48,083 nt of DNA from Puniceicoccales bacterium (GTDB taxonomy: Bacteria > Verrucomicrobiota > Verrucomicrobiia > Opitutales > LL51): contig JAITAK010000052.1 of assembly GCA_031284165.1 (NCBI GenBank), positions 1 through 48,083 on the forward strand, written 5' to 3'. Below are positions 7,909-16,342 of this stretch, one piece after another. The translations under genes and the position numbers were made by a program. The notes beneath the pieces were generated by a model that saw only the letters and a program-made list of their open reading frames with translations, searched no databases and was not told the DNA's origin. The stretch's first letter is position 1. Each line of letters begins with the position of its first letter.

Positions 7909-9612
7909 TTACATGGCAATATTTTGGATCAGCGTCACAAGAGGAAGGAAGAGTCCAATCACGACAGAACCGACAAAACCTGCAAGAAATATCACCAATA
8001 CCGGTTCTATCATAGACGTTGTACGCGTAATAAGCTCGTCTAATTGCTCTTCGTAGGACAGAGCAACTCTATTCATCATTGCCCCGAGTTTTCCTGATTC
8101 TTCTCCTACCTTAATCAGTCCTTCAGCCATGACGGGAAATACATTGCGCCGACGCAAAGCCACCGTTAAAGACATGCCTTGTTGCACATCCCTAATGGTC
8201 AGGGCTAAGTTAGCTTTCATATAACAATTATTGATGCTTTCGCTAGCCATTTTCAGCGATTCAATGACGGAACAACCGCAGAGGAGGAGGTCCCCAAAGG
8301 TGCGAGAAAAAAGGACCACATCCCACTTCATTATACAATCTCCAAGTAGCGGTATTTTCAGGACGACGGCGTAAAACACTTTTTTAAGGAATGCGATTTT
8401 CTTAGCACCCAATATCACCAAAGGCATGATCAGCAAAGTTACCAATATTTCTTTGAGATGTGTCGTTACGAATCGGCTGCTGTCCAAAATGATCACGGTT
8501 AATGTTGGCATAACGTGAGCGCCAATTTGTTCAGCGATCACTTTTTCAAACCTGGGAACGACGAAAGTCGTTAGTAGCAAGATGACCATCGAAGAAACAG
8601 TGAAGACTGTGGCCGGATAAAGCATCGCCGAAATGATTTTTTTCTTAATGAAGATCTTTTTTTCCATCAAATTTGCCATTTTCGCCAATGTATTGGCTTG
8701 TTGTCCAACGGCTTCACCGGCGCGTACCATCGCAATTTCCGAGGTCTCAAACTTGACAACAGAAGACGTCAAAGCTTCAGAAAGAGAATTCCCTGCCTCG
8801 ATTTTTACGAATAAATCATGCAGGAAAAACCATGTATTTTCGTGACGTGCCTCTTGTTCTTTCAAAATAGCTAAGGAGGAACGAAGATCCATCCCCGCAT
8901 CTAAAAGTGCCGAAAGTTGGCGAATAATCTGTGCTTTCTTTTCAATTTTCAGTTTCAACGATCCTATAGCTTTCTTTTTTGCCGTTTTTCTCTCTGCAGT
9001 ACGCCGATATTTTCTCGATTGCTGTGGCGCAGAAGTATAAGGTGGCGCTTCATGAGCTTCCGGGTTCTTCATCGCGGCGTCTGTTGCTGCGTTTACCGCA
9101 GTATTTTCGCGATATTCCCGTAGTTGTTCCCCATCATAGCATATCTTGTGTCCATGCCTCTGCTGCCCTTGATTTACTGAGGTCATCGCTGAGGAATCTT
9201 TTTTATGTGTTATGTCCATGCCATCATCCAATACCGCCTGACTAAGCGTTAAAGGATCTGAGGAAAGCGATATTGCGCCCTCCTTAGCTTCAGTGTTGCA
9301 GTTGACGGTAGATATGTCTCTCGTGGAAGGGGCAGCCTCCAAAAGCCTAGAAGCGTCGTCTTTTAACGAGCAATCTGCGCTTTCCGAAAGCCCATCTCGA
9401 TGCGCTATCTCTTGAGCCCATGTGTTGGAGGAATCCGCAAAAGACCGGAAATGGGTCTTCCAAGGATGATCGTCTTGCAATGAATGTTCCGAGCATTCCC
9501 CGATCAATCCTTGTGTTTGCTCGTCTTTTCCCTGCATTTCATGGAAGAAGCTTTCCTGGTACCGATCAATTCTGTTCTGGAAAGCGTTTTTTAAAAACTG
9601 TCGAAATTTCAT
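7909..9612 (-). CDS. Type II secretion/type IV pilus platform protein, GspF/PilC family, with ~210-aa non-homologous N-terminal extension
   Basis: The C-terminal ~350 aa shows two T2SSF-like halves (QLSALLDAGMDLRSSLAILKEQ...; FGDLLLCGCSVIESLKMASES...GEESGKLGAMMNRVALSYEEQLDE) and three hydrophobic spans, ending ...GLFLPLVTLIQNI. The ATG at 9612 overlaps the upstream stop as ATGA. Confidence 0.75.
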   Translation of the reverse strand: MKFRQFLKNAFQNRIDRYQESFFHEMQGKDEQTQGLIGECSEHSLQDDHPWKTHFRSFADSSNTWAQEIAHRDGLSESADCSLKDDASRLLEAAPSTRDISTVNCNTEAKEGAISLSSDPLTLSQAVLDDGMDITHKKDSSAMTSVNQGQQRHGHKICYDGEQLREYRENTAVNAATDAAMKNPEAHEAPPYTSAPQQSRKYRRTAERKTAKKKAIGSLKLKIEKKAQIIRQLSALLDAGMDLRSSLAILKEQEARHENTWFFLHDLFVKIEAGNSLSEALTSSVVKFETSEIAMVRAGEAVGQQANTLAKMANLMEKKIFIKKKIISAMLYPATVFTVSSMVILLLTTFVVPRFEKVIAEQIGAHVMPTLTVIILDSSRFVTTHLKEILVTLLIMPLVILGAKKIAFLKKVFYAVVLKIPLLGDCIMKWDVVLFSRTFGDLLLCGCSVIESLKMASESINNCYMKANLALTIRDVQQGMSLTVALRRRNVFPVMAEGLIKVGEESGKLGAMMNRVALSYEEQLDELITRTTSMIEPVLVIFLAGFVGSVVIGLFLPLVTLIQNIAM

Positions 9613-10658
9613 GACATATTCCGCTTAAATTTGACCTTGCGTTTGGCGATGTTTTGGACGCTCTGTTTGACAGCGATATCGTCATTTTCGGCAATTTCGA
9701 TGCCAATAATATGTTCGAAAATGTCATCCAAAGTCAACACACCGACGATTTTATTTCCTTTCTTGACAAATGCAAGCTGCGTTAAGTTCTTTAGCAGAAC
9801 ATCGAGGGCATCGTCTACAAACATATCGTCGGAAAGAACCTTGGGAATCTCCATAATACGAGACAGTTGAATTTGGGCACCATTCGTGGCAAAAGCATGC
9901 AAAATTTTTCGGCGATGGACAATACCTACGAGATTTTCTGGATTGTTCGCATAAACAGGAATGCGACCCGTGGGAATGTTTTCATTATTAGCAATGAATA
10001 CGTCGCGAACGGTTGTATTCTTACTATAGGTGCTTAGATGATCCAGCGGAGTCATAATCTGAGCGATCACCGTGTAATCCATCTTCAGCGTATTTTCGAT
10101 CATCTTGCGTTCTTGATGGCTTAGTGTTCCATCGCGCACATTCTTTTCGGCAAGGAGCATGATCTCTCGATCAGAGTAGGCGGCATCGGCAGACTTTTTT
10201 CCTATAACCAGCCTTAAAATAAAACGGCAAATCTTGGAAAAGGGATACATCATTAAAACGACAAATTTGAGCAGATAAGCGGCAGGAATATACAATTTCT
10301 TCCGATAGATCAGACCGAGATTTTTAGGGAAAATTTCCGAAAATAACAAAATGATCACCGTTAGTCCCGTCGAAAAATAAACCAGCTTATCTTCACCGTA
10401 GATCTTGACGACCAGGCCTCCGGCGACAATGGCGCCAAAAGTATTGGAAAAAGTATTGAGCATGATGATTGCCGAGGAAGTTTCATCCATATTCTTTTTA
10501 CACTTTTCCATGGCGTGAGCAGCGCGTTTAGATTTGGAGCGAAGGTCTTCAAGTTCGATATCACTGGCACTGAAAAGGATCGCTTCGAGCAACGAAGCGA
10601 TTGTAGAGATACCTACCGTTAATGTTATGGTCAAAAGTAGGAGAAAAAAAGAACCCAT
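9609..10658 (-). CDS. CNNM/DUF21 transmembrane domain plus tandem CBS domains protein (TlyC/CorC hemolysin-family)
   Basis: MGSFFLLLLTITLTVGISTIASLLEAILFSASDIELEDL is a typical DUF21 start. Two CBS modules follow (IMTPLDHL...VGIVHRRKIL; IMEIPKVL...VGVLTLDDIFEHIIG). The ATG at 10658 is preferred. The longer ORF to 10820 would overlap the divergent ankyrin gene. No C-terminal CorC_HlyC domain is apparent. Confidence 0.75.
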   Translation of the reverse strand: MGSFFLLLLTITLTVGISTIASLLEAILFSASDIELEDLRSKSKRAAHAMEKCKKNMDETSSAIIMLNTFSNTFGAIVAGGLVVKIYGEDKLVYFSTGLTVIILLFSEIFPKNLGLIYRKKLYIPAAYLLKFVVLMMYPFSKICRFILRLVIGKKSADAAYSDREIMLLAEKNVRDGTLSHQERKMIENTLKMDYTVIAQIMTPLDHLSTYSKNTTVRDVFIANNENIPTGRIPVYANNPENLVGIVHRRKILHAFATNGAQIQLSRIMEIPKVLSDDMFVDDALDVLLKNLTQLAFVKKGNKIVGVLTLDDIFEHIIGIEIAENDDIAVKQSVQNIAKRKVKFKRNMS

Positions 10659-10803
10659 GGAACGATCTGACCATAATAGGGAACTGCAGCGGAGCGCAAT
10701 GAAATATATTGTAATTAAAATATTTATAAAAAAAATTGCTACTGATAAAAAATTTCGCAGAAATAATGAAATGCTTTCCGAGAAAATAAAAATTTTAAGA
10801 TTG

Positions 10804-12063
10804 ATGCGCTTTAGCGCCATCGCACTTCAGGTCATAGTCCATTGCCTTCAAGGAAGTTTAAATGCTTCATCATCAGCAGCGTCGGAAACGTTGAGCAAAT
10901 TTAACAGCAATCTTTATAAGGATACACCTTATTTAGACGCTGTCCGCCACGGCGATATACTCGAAATACAGCAATTTTTAAGCGATCCCTTACTGGATAT
11001 CAATCAGCAAAATAGTTCAGGAGAAACCGACTTAATGTTAGTGTTAGCGATGATCGCGATCTATGGACAATGTCGTGATAAAGGCCTGAAAAAAGCTCAA
11101 GATATTTTCAATTTATTAATGCAGCAACCCAAAAGGGATTGGAATTTACGCAACAACAACGGAGAAACTGCCCTCTGGCAGGCGACATCATTACGCCTTT
11201 GGGAATGCTTTAATGCCTTGTTACAGGTAGAAGCTGTAGACCCTAACATTCCCGATCAGAAAGGATTTACGCCCCTGACATTGCTCATAGAAATGAGGAA
11301 GGGGAGCCGCAATGATCCCGACAAAGCAAGTCTCTTGGAGATAATAAAATGTTTACTTCAATGTGAACGCGTCGATGTCAATCAAGAGGGAGATGGTGGA
11401 ATAACGCCATTAATTTTAGTCATTAAGTTGCAAGACGGGCTATTACTTTCCGCGTTTCTCGAATGTCGACGATTTTCCCTGGTTGCTTGTCAGAGCCATT
11501 CCTTACTTCAGCACCTTGGCAACCCACAGGGCTCACAGTTTCCCCGCAACACTTCACGTCTATTTCCATTGGAAGTGGCTTGGAAACAATATGCCTATTC
11601 TGATCGTCACTTCCTGCCTATATTCGATCTTATTTATCAGCGTATTTTGAGCGATGTTGATATGGAATTAATGCGCTACCTTAAACAAGTTAAGGAACGG
11701 TTATCGCAACTGAGCGATGTAAATTCGACAATTTGTGATGCACAAGACATACTTCAGACTATAGCAGCATTATACGAAACACCCGTAGTCATCAAATCTT
11801 ATGAATGCTGTAGCGATGATATACTTATCAAAGCTATCCGATATAAAATTAATTTCATTTCAAATCTGATTGAGGACAAAAATCTGCCACTCGTTTTGAC
11901 GATGAAGCGCATGTCTCAGCTAGGAAAGATCGTCACACAATTGGAGCAATTTTTGATATGTAGAAATCAACAAAATTTGGAATTGCTTAAAGATGCCTTG
12001 TATCAAGAACTTGACAATTATGAATATAAAGGTTATTTGAAAAAACAACTTAAAAAACTTTAA
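10804..12063 (+). CDS. Ankyrin-repeat protein
   Basis: ANK-like units are present: DAVRHGDILEIQQFLSDPLLDINQQNSSGETDLMLVL; NLRNNNGETALWQATSLRLWECFNALLQVEAVDPNIPDQKGFTPLTLLIE; DVNQEGDGGITPLILVIKLQDGLLLSAFLE. The listed TTG start at 10534 is antisense to the CNNM gene. In-frame ATGs at 10771 and 10804 are more plausible. MRFSAIALQVIVHCLQGSLNA is leader-like. Confidence 0.7.
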   Translation: MRFSAIALQVIVHCLQGSLNASSSAASETLSKFNSNLYKDTPYLDAVRHGDILEIQQFLSDPLLDINQQNSSGETDLMLVLAMIAIYGQCRDKGLKKAQDIFNLLMQQPKRDWNLRNNNGETALWQATSLRLWECFNALLQVEAVDPNIPDQKGFTPLTLLIEMRKGSRNDPDKASLLEIIKCLLQCERVDVNQEGDGGITPLILVIKLQDGLLLSAFLECRRFSLVACQSHSLLQHLGNPQGSQFPRNTSRLFPLEVAWKQYAYSDRHFLPIFDLIYQRILSDVDMELMRYLKQVKERLSQLSDVNSTICDAQDILQTIAALYETPVVIKSYECCSDDILIKAIRYKINFISNLIEDKNLPLVLTMKRMSQLGKIVTQLEQFLICRNQQNLELLKDALYQELDNYEYKGYLKKQLKKL

Positions 12064-12293
12064 GCCATATAAAATATAAGTCATTGAAAAATTAAACCGC
12101 CGGTAATGATCATTTTCAATAGCGGTATATCACCGATTTTAACGCCGCATTTTAGATAATTTTGATGCTTACATCCCCTGTTGACATAGAAAGTAAATAT
12201 TGAAAGTGAAAAATTTTTCCGTAAAAACAAAAAAATCTTGAAAATTAAACAATATTCATCATAACTTTTTTTATTCATTTGAAAGAGAAAATA

Positions 12294-13913
12294 ATGGCTA
12301 AAATAGTATTAAGAAAAATCGTCGGTGTTATATTACTCATGTATCCCTTAATTAGTCAGGGATGGAATGTGGTTATCGATGGTCGAGGGAATGTTTTAAC
12401 GGAAAATAGCGCAATTGATAAAGAAAAGGCGACTATTCTCATCCAGAATGGAGAATTTTCTGTCAGGTATGGACAATTTTGGCTTTATTGGCCTGACGTC
12501 ATTGGTGAGACCTATAATTTTAAGCAGTGTTATCTACCCGATGTGCCATTATTTGTGCCTGTCGATGGCGAGGAGTTCTATCAATACGTTCTTTCTAAGG
12601 AAGGGAACGTCAATAAAAGCAATGAAAGTTCATTAGGGAAAACGGAGAGCGAAATACTAAACCCCGATGGCGATGTCCTTTGTTGCCTTCAGTTGCTTAG
12701 AAACAAAAATGCGATGAAAGGTGAGAAAAAAAAGTTTATTGAACATGTCGTCTTTTACCGCTACAATACAGGCAACCGTTATTTTTTCCTCGCTCCCGCT
12801 GCAAAATTGCACAAACTTATTCAATTTGCCTTAGCGGGTGGTGCCAAAAGGGCTTTTAAACTTTATATCGGTATCGATGGAGAAGTGGATTCAAGTGAAG
12901 ATGCGAAAAATAAAATTACCAGCTTTCCTAACTGGTTTGCTCCGCGCAATTATTATATTAAAAATGACGGTAACGAATTTAATACGATGACCTTAAGGGA
13001 GAACGACGGTTTTGCACTCTCTGGGTTGGCAAGCCAAGGCTGGATCGGCTGGACGGGAAATGATACGGGATGGAAAGGAAAATATAGCCTCCCAGGAATT
13101 AATTTAGAAGATCAAAGCGTCGCCCATAAGGGAGAAAATCGGTCAATAACAACACAAGTACTTATAGGCGATGTGACACTACTAACGCACCACATCTTTT
13201 TAAATCAAGGTTCCATAGAAAAAATCCAAGAGGCATTATTTGGGAGCAATGATCGTCTCCCCGAAGGTCTAAAAGATTGCAATACTTCGAAATACGGCGA
13301 TTTGACTTCATTCGTCATAAAATTATTAGACGCCACTAGCGACGAAAATTCAAGAAAGTCTGTCTTAGGAAACGTTATAGAGCGGCTAGCGACAGAACTT
13401 GATGCTGAGACGAACCCTAGTCATGAATCGTCACAGTACGTCGTGAAAAAATTATCTGGAGAACAGGTGCCCTTCCGTACTTGGCTCGAAAATAAAAAAG
13501 CTGCTCAGAAAGAAGTTCCTCAAAGGAAAGTTCTTAAGGAAGAAACTCCTCAAAGGAAAGCGCCTAAGGAAGAAACTCCTCAAAGGAAAGTACTTAAGAA
13601 AGAAACTCCTCCAGGAAAAGCGCCTAAGAACAAAATTCCTCCGAATCCTCTGAAACAAATTCCCCAGGAAGAAAATTTTCAGAATAATCCGCTACCAGAC
13701 CTCTCTGACGAATACATCCAAAGCCATTTCAATAGCATTGCGAATGACATTGTCAAGAAATGTCGTACCGGAAGTATCAGCGCTGATGAAGCCGTCACTG
13801 AGCTGAAGCAACTCAAAGAACGTGGCATAAAATTGGGGATAATGGTTGTCAGAATTCAATCAGCTTTGTCGGAAGTAGAAAGGCATCGCATGTATCCTAA
13901 AAATTATAAATGA
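12294..13913 (+). CDS. Paralogous family member 1 (P1): unrecognised conserved N-domain, repeat linker and C-terminal helical module
   Basis: The first ATG is at 12294 (the listed 12279 is TTG) and is preceded by aagagaaaata. The hydrophobic leader ends in ISQGW. It shares the blocks ILIQNG, FWLY, YLPDVPLFVPV, DVLCCLQL, FYRY..NRYFFLAPAAKLH, GFALSGLASQGW, LPGINL, ITTQV and LLTHHIFLNQ with the ORFs at 14099, 22824 and 24891. Confidence 0.8.
   Translation: MAKIVLRKIVGVILLMYPLISQGWNVVIDGRGNVLTENSAIDKEKATILIQNGEFSVRYGQFWLYWPDVIGETYNFKQCYLPDVPLFVPVDGEEFYQYVLSKEGNVNKSNESSLGKTESEILNPDGDVLCCLQLLRNKNAMKGEKKKFIEHVVFYRYNTGNRYFFLAPAAKLHKLIQFALAGGAKRAFKLYIGIDGEVDSSEDAKNKITSFPNWFAPRNYYIKNDGNEFNTMTLRENDGFALSGLASQGWIGWTGNDTGWKGKYSLPGINLEDQSVAHKGENRSITTQVLIGDVTLLTHHIFLNQGSIEKIQEALFGSNDRLPEGLKDCNTSKYGDLTSFVIKLLDATSDENSRKSVLGNVIERLATELDAETNPSHESSQYVVKKLSGEQVPFRTWLENKKAAQKEVPQRKVLKEETPQRKAPKEETPQRKVLKKETPPGKAPKNKIPPNPLKQIPQEENFQNNPLPDLSDEYIQSHFNSIANDIVKKCRTGSISADEAVTELKQLKERGIKLGIMVVRIQSALSEVERHRMYPKNYK
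13509..13658 (+). repeat. 30-bp in-frame tandem repeat, 4 good plus 1 degenerate copies (KEVPQRKVLK/EETPQRKAPK...)
   Basis: The units are 13509-13538, 13539-13568, 13569-13598 and 13599-13628, with a degenerate unit at 13629-13658. The consensus is gaagaaactcctcaaaggaaagYRcYtaag. Confidence 0.9.
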
Positions 13914-14098
13914 TGACAGCATTAAAATTACGATTGATATGAACAAGGCTATGTTGCAGAACCGTAGCGATAAGCACCAATGTTTACCCATTCATTTGTA
14001 CTTATGAATTTCGATGAGACGCCGATATTTCTTAATAATGGGTTGTAAAGAAACGGGAGACTGTCGCAAACACTAAACAATTTGGAATGGAGAGGGAA

Positions 14099-16291
14099 AT
14101 GAATACCAAAGTTATAAAAAAAATCGCTGCAGGGATATTACTGATCTATCCCGCGATGATGGATGCGTGGGACGCTATGATCGATAATGACAATAATGCG
14201 ATTCTCGATAATACGACTAGTGCAGCCTATTGTCGGAATAATCCAAGCATTTTGATTCAAAACGGTTATCAATCGGTGAAATACGGAAAATTTTGGTTAT
14301 ATGAACCCGATCCTTGGCAAGGACGCCATTATGCTAAATCAACAACAGAAAAATTCTATTATTTATCCGATGTCCCTACATTTATGCCCGTCTATGATGA
14401 TGCTCATTATAAATACCCTAAAAGTAAAATCTTTGGCGGTATCAACATGGACGGATTGGGAACGAGTAGCAGCGAAATATTAATGCCCTATACCAATGTA
14501 ATTTGTTGCTTACAATTATCCAAAGACGGCGATAAGCGCTGGGGGAATAATTTTATAGAACAGATGATTTTTTACCGCTACAAGAAAAGTAATCGCTATC
14601 TTTTTTTTGCCCCTGCGGCTAAATTACATCACATCTTGGATAAAAACGACAGCGAAGAATTTGAACTTCATCTTAGCCTCAGTAAAACTATTTCCTGGGA
14701 ACAAGGCGCGAAAAATCAAATCAATGATTTTCCAGATTTTGACTTTCAAAAGCACTATGTTGATAAAAAAATTACCACATTTTATACCATGAATTTAGGA
14801 GAAAAAGATGGTTTTGCGCTTTCCGGTTTAGCAAGTCAAGGTCGAGCGAATTGGCTAGGGCGTGTTAGTGGAGGTCAATGCGGTCTTCCGGGGATTCGTT
14901 TACTTCAAACTGCAAACAATCAATGGATAACGACGCAAATTAAAGCCAAAGGCAGGACATTTCTCACACATCATATTTTCTTAAATGAAAATTTTACGCA
15001 ACAAGTGCATAATGCCCTGTTTCGTCCCAATAATCATTTACCGGAATGCTTGAGGGATTACGACACTGTAACTTATGGAGATCTCGTTTCATTCCTATGG
15101 AAATTGGAAAGTAATGAAGCGATTCGAAAGGATCCCATCCTCGCAGACGTTTTAGATAGGCTTCACGATGAGCTGAATAATGAAAAAAATCCGAGCCACG
15201 AACAATATTTGCAGTCGCAAAAGGATGACCCAACGTTGAAAGCTCAGGAAAACAAAGCATCATCTTTCCTTCAACAATTCAATACGTCGCCTTTAACAGG
15301 GCTAAAATTTAGCCCAGAACAGCTAAAGCAGGTCGATGCTGCTCAAGTAAAAAAGGACGTTACTCCAAGGAAAGGAACAAGTAAGATTCGAGAGAATCTT
15401 ATCTTAATTAAGAACGTTAAGAACGTTGCCGACGAACTGAATAATGAAGAAAATCCAAGCCACAAGCCATCCTTGCCATCGAAAAAGGATAGCCCGGCGT
15501 TGAAAGTCCAGAAAAATAAAAAATCACCTTTGCGACCATCCCTATTCAATACGTCGCCTTTGACAGGGCCAAAATTTAGCCAAGGTCCGCGAAGTGCAAA
15601 TGTGGCTCAAATGGAATATAATGTTTTTCACTCAAAGAGGAAAAAAAGCAAACTGAAAGCGAAAACCAAAAGCGATTCGGAAGATAAAAGTACGTTGAAA
15701 GAAGAAAAAATAATCCCTAAGCGGCGAAATACAGTTATCTCTAGCCCAGGGAATAAGAACAATATCACCGGTTTTAATTCAAAGAGGAAGGAAGCCGTTA
15801 AATCACCGGTTTTAATACGCCCTACAGCAAAAGGGGTGCCCTTTCATCAGAAAAATGAAAATGAATCGCCTACCATTGAAACAAAGAATGATGACAGCGA
15901 TTTCAACTTAAATGGAGAAAAAGCGATTCGAGAACAGGAGTATACTGAAGAGGAAAAAGAGGAGTCAGCGATTTCAACGCAAATGGAAACTAAAGGGATT
16001 CCGAAACAGGAAAATATGACTTTGCCTCGAAATGAAGGAGTTGCCCAAAGAACGTTAAAGTCAAACATATCATTTAATGAGTGCTTGAATGATATCATCA
16101 AGCGTTGTAAGACTCACAATATGACTATCGATAGAGCGCTGAAAATGTTAGATCACGCAAAACAACAGGCGTTAAATCAGGTAAAGACAAATTTCTCAGG
16201 GGAAAAGCAAAAAAATATCGAGAAAAGGATATTACAGCAAATTCTCAACGCGAAAAATGAGATTGAACGATCTCGCTCAGGGAAAAAATAA
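14099..16291 (+). CDS. Paralogous family member 2 (P2)
   Basis: It has the same colinear blocks: ILIQNGYQSVKYGKFWLYEPD, YLSDVPTFMPV, NVICCLQL, MIFYRYKKSNRYLFFAPAAKLH, GFALSGLASQG, GLPGIRL, WITTQI, FLTHHIFLNE and LPECLRD. The ATG at 14099 follows ggagagg. The ATG at 14087 is an alternative. The tail is long and Lys/Ser/Pro/Glu-rich. Confidence 0.8.
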   Translation: MNTKVIKKIAAGILLIYPAMMDAWDAMIDNDNNAILDNTTSAAYCRNNPSILIQNGYQSVKYGKFWLYEPDPWQGRHYAKSTTEKFYYLSDVPTFMPVYDDAHYKYPKSKIFGGINMDGLGTSSSEILMPYTNVICCLQLSKDGDKRWGNNFIEQMIFYRYKKSNRYLFFAPAAKLHHILDKNDSEEFELHLSLSKTISWEQGAKNQINDFPDFDFQKHYVDKKITTFYTMNLGEKDGFALSGLASQGRANWLGRVSGGQCGLPGIRLLQTANNQWITTQIKAKGRTFLTHHIFLNENFTQQVHNALFRPNNHLPECLRDYDTVTYGDLVSFLWKLESNEAIRKDPILADVLDRLHDELNNEKNPSHEQYLQSQKDDPTLKAQENKASSFLQQFNTSPLTGLKFSPEQLKQVDAAQVKKDVTPRKGTSKIRENLILIKNVKNVADELNNEENPSHKPSLPSKKDSPALKVQKNKKSPLRPSLFNTSPLTGPKFSQGPRSANVAQMEYNVFHSKRKKSKLKAKTKSDSEDKSTLKEEKIIPKRRNTVISSPGNKNNITGFNSKRKEAVKSPVLIRPTAKGVPFHQKNENESPTIETKNDDSDFNLNGEKAIREQEYTEEEKEESAISTQMETKGIPKQENMTLPRNEGVAQRTLKSNISFNECLNDIIKRCKTHNMTIDRALKMLDHAKQQALNQVKTNFSGEKQKNIEKRILQQILNAKNEIERSRSGKK
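15167..15580 (+). repeat. Internal ~150-bp duplication with 264-bp period inside the P2 linker
   Basis: Copy 1 (15167-15313) encodes DELNNEKNPSHEQYLQSQKDDPTLKAQENK...FNTSPLTGLKFS. Copy 2 (15431-15580) encodes DELNNEENPSHKPSLPSKKDSPALKVQKNK...FNTSPLTGPKFS. Confidence 0.85.
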
Positions 16292-16342
16292 CGAAAAAAC
16301 AATAAAACAATTAACATTAATTATTAAAATATGGAGATAAAA

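Noticed and set aside
10534-10803. N-terminal 90 aa of the listed 509-aa ORF (TTG start at 10534)
   Set aside because: This part is antisense to the DUF21 transmembrane region of the CNNM gene and starts with TTG. The ankyrin gene more likely starts at ATG 10771 or 10804.
10659-10820. 54-aa N-terminal extension of the CNNM/CBS ORF (ATG 10820)
   Set aside because: DUF21 proteins normally begin right at the first transmembrane helix (MGSFFLLLL...). The extension would overlap the divergent ankyrin gene. It is kept as an alternative start only.
12081-12278. 65-aa minus-strand ORF in the ankyrin-P1 spacer
   Set aside because: It is short and low-complexity with no motif. It lies in the AT-rich intergenic region that likely holds the P1 promoter.
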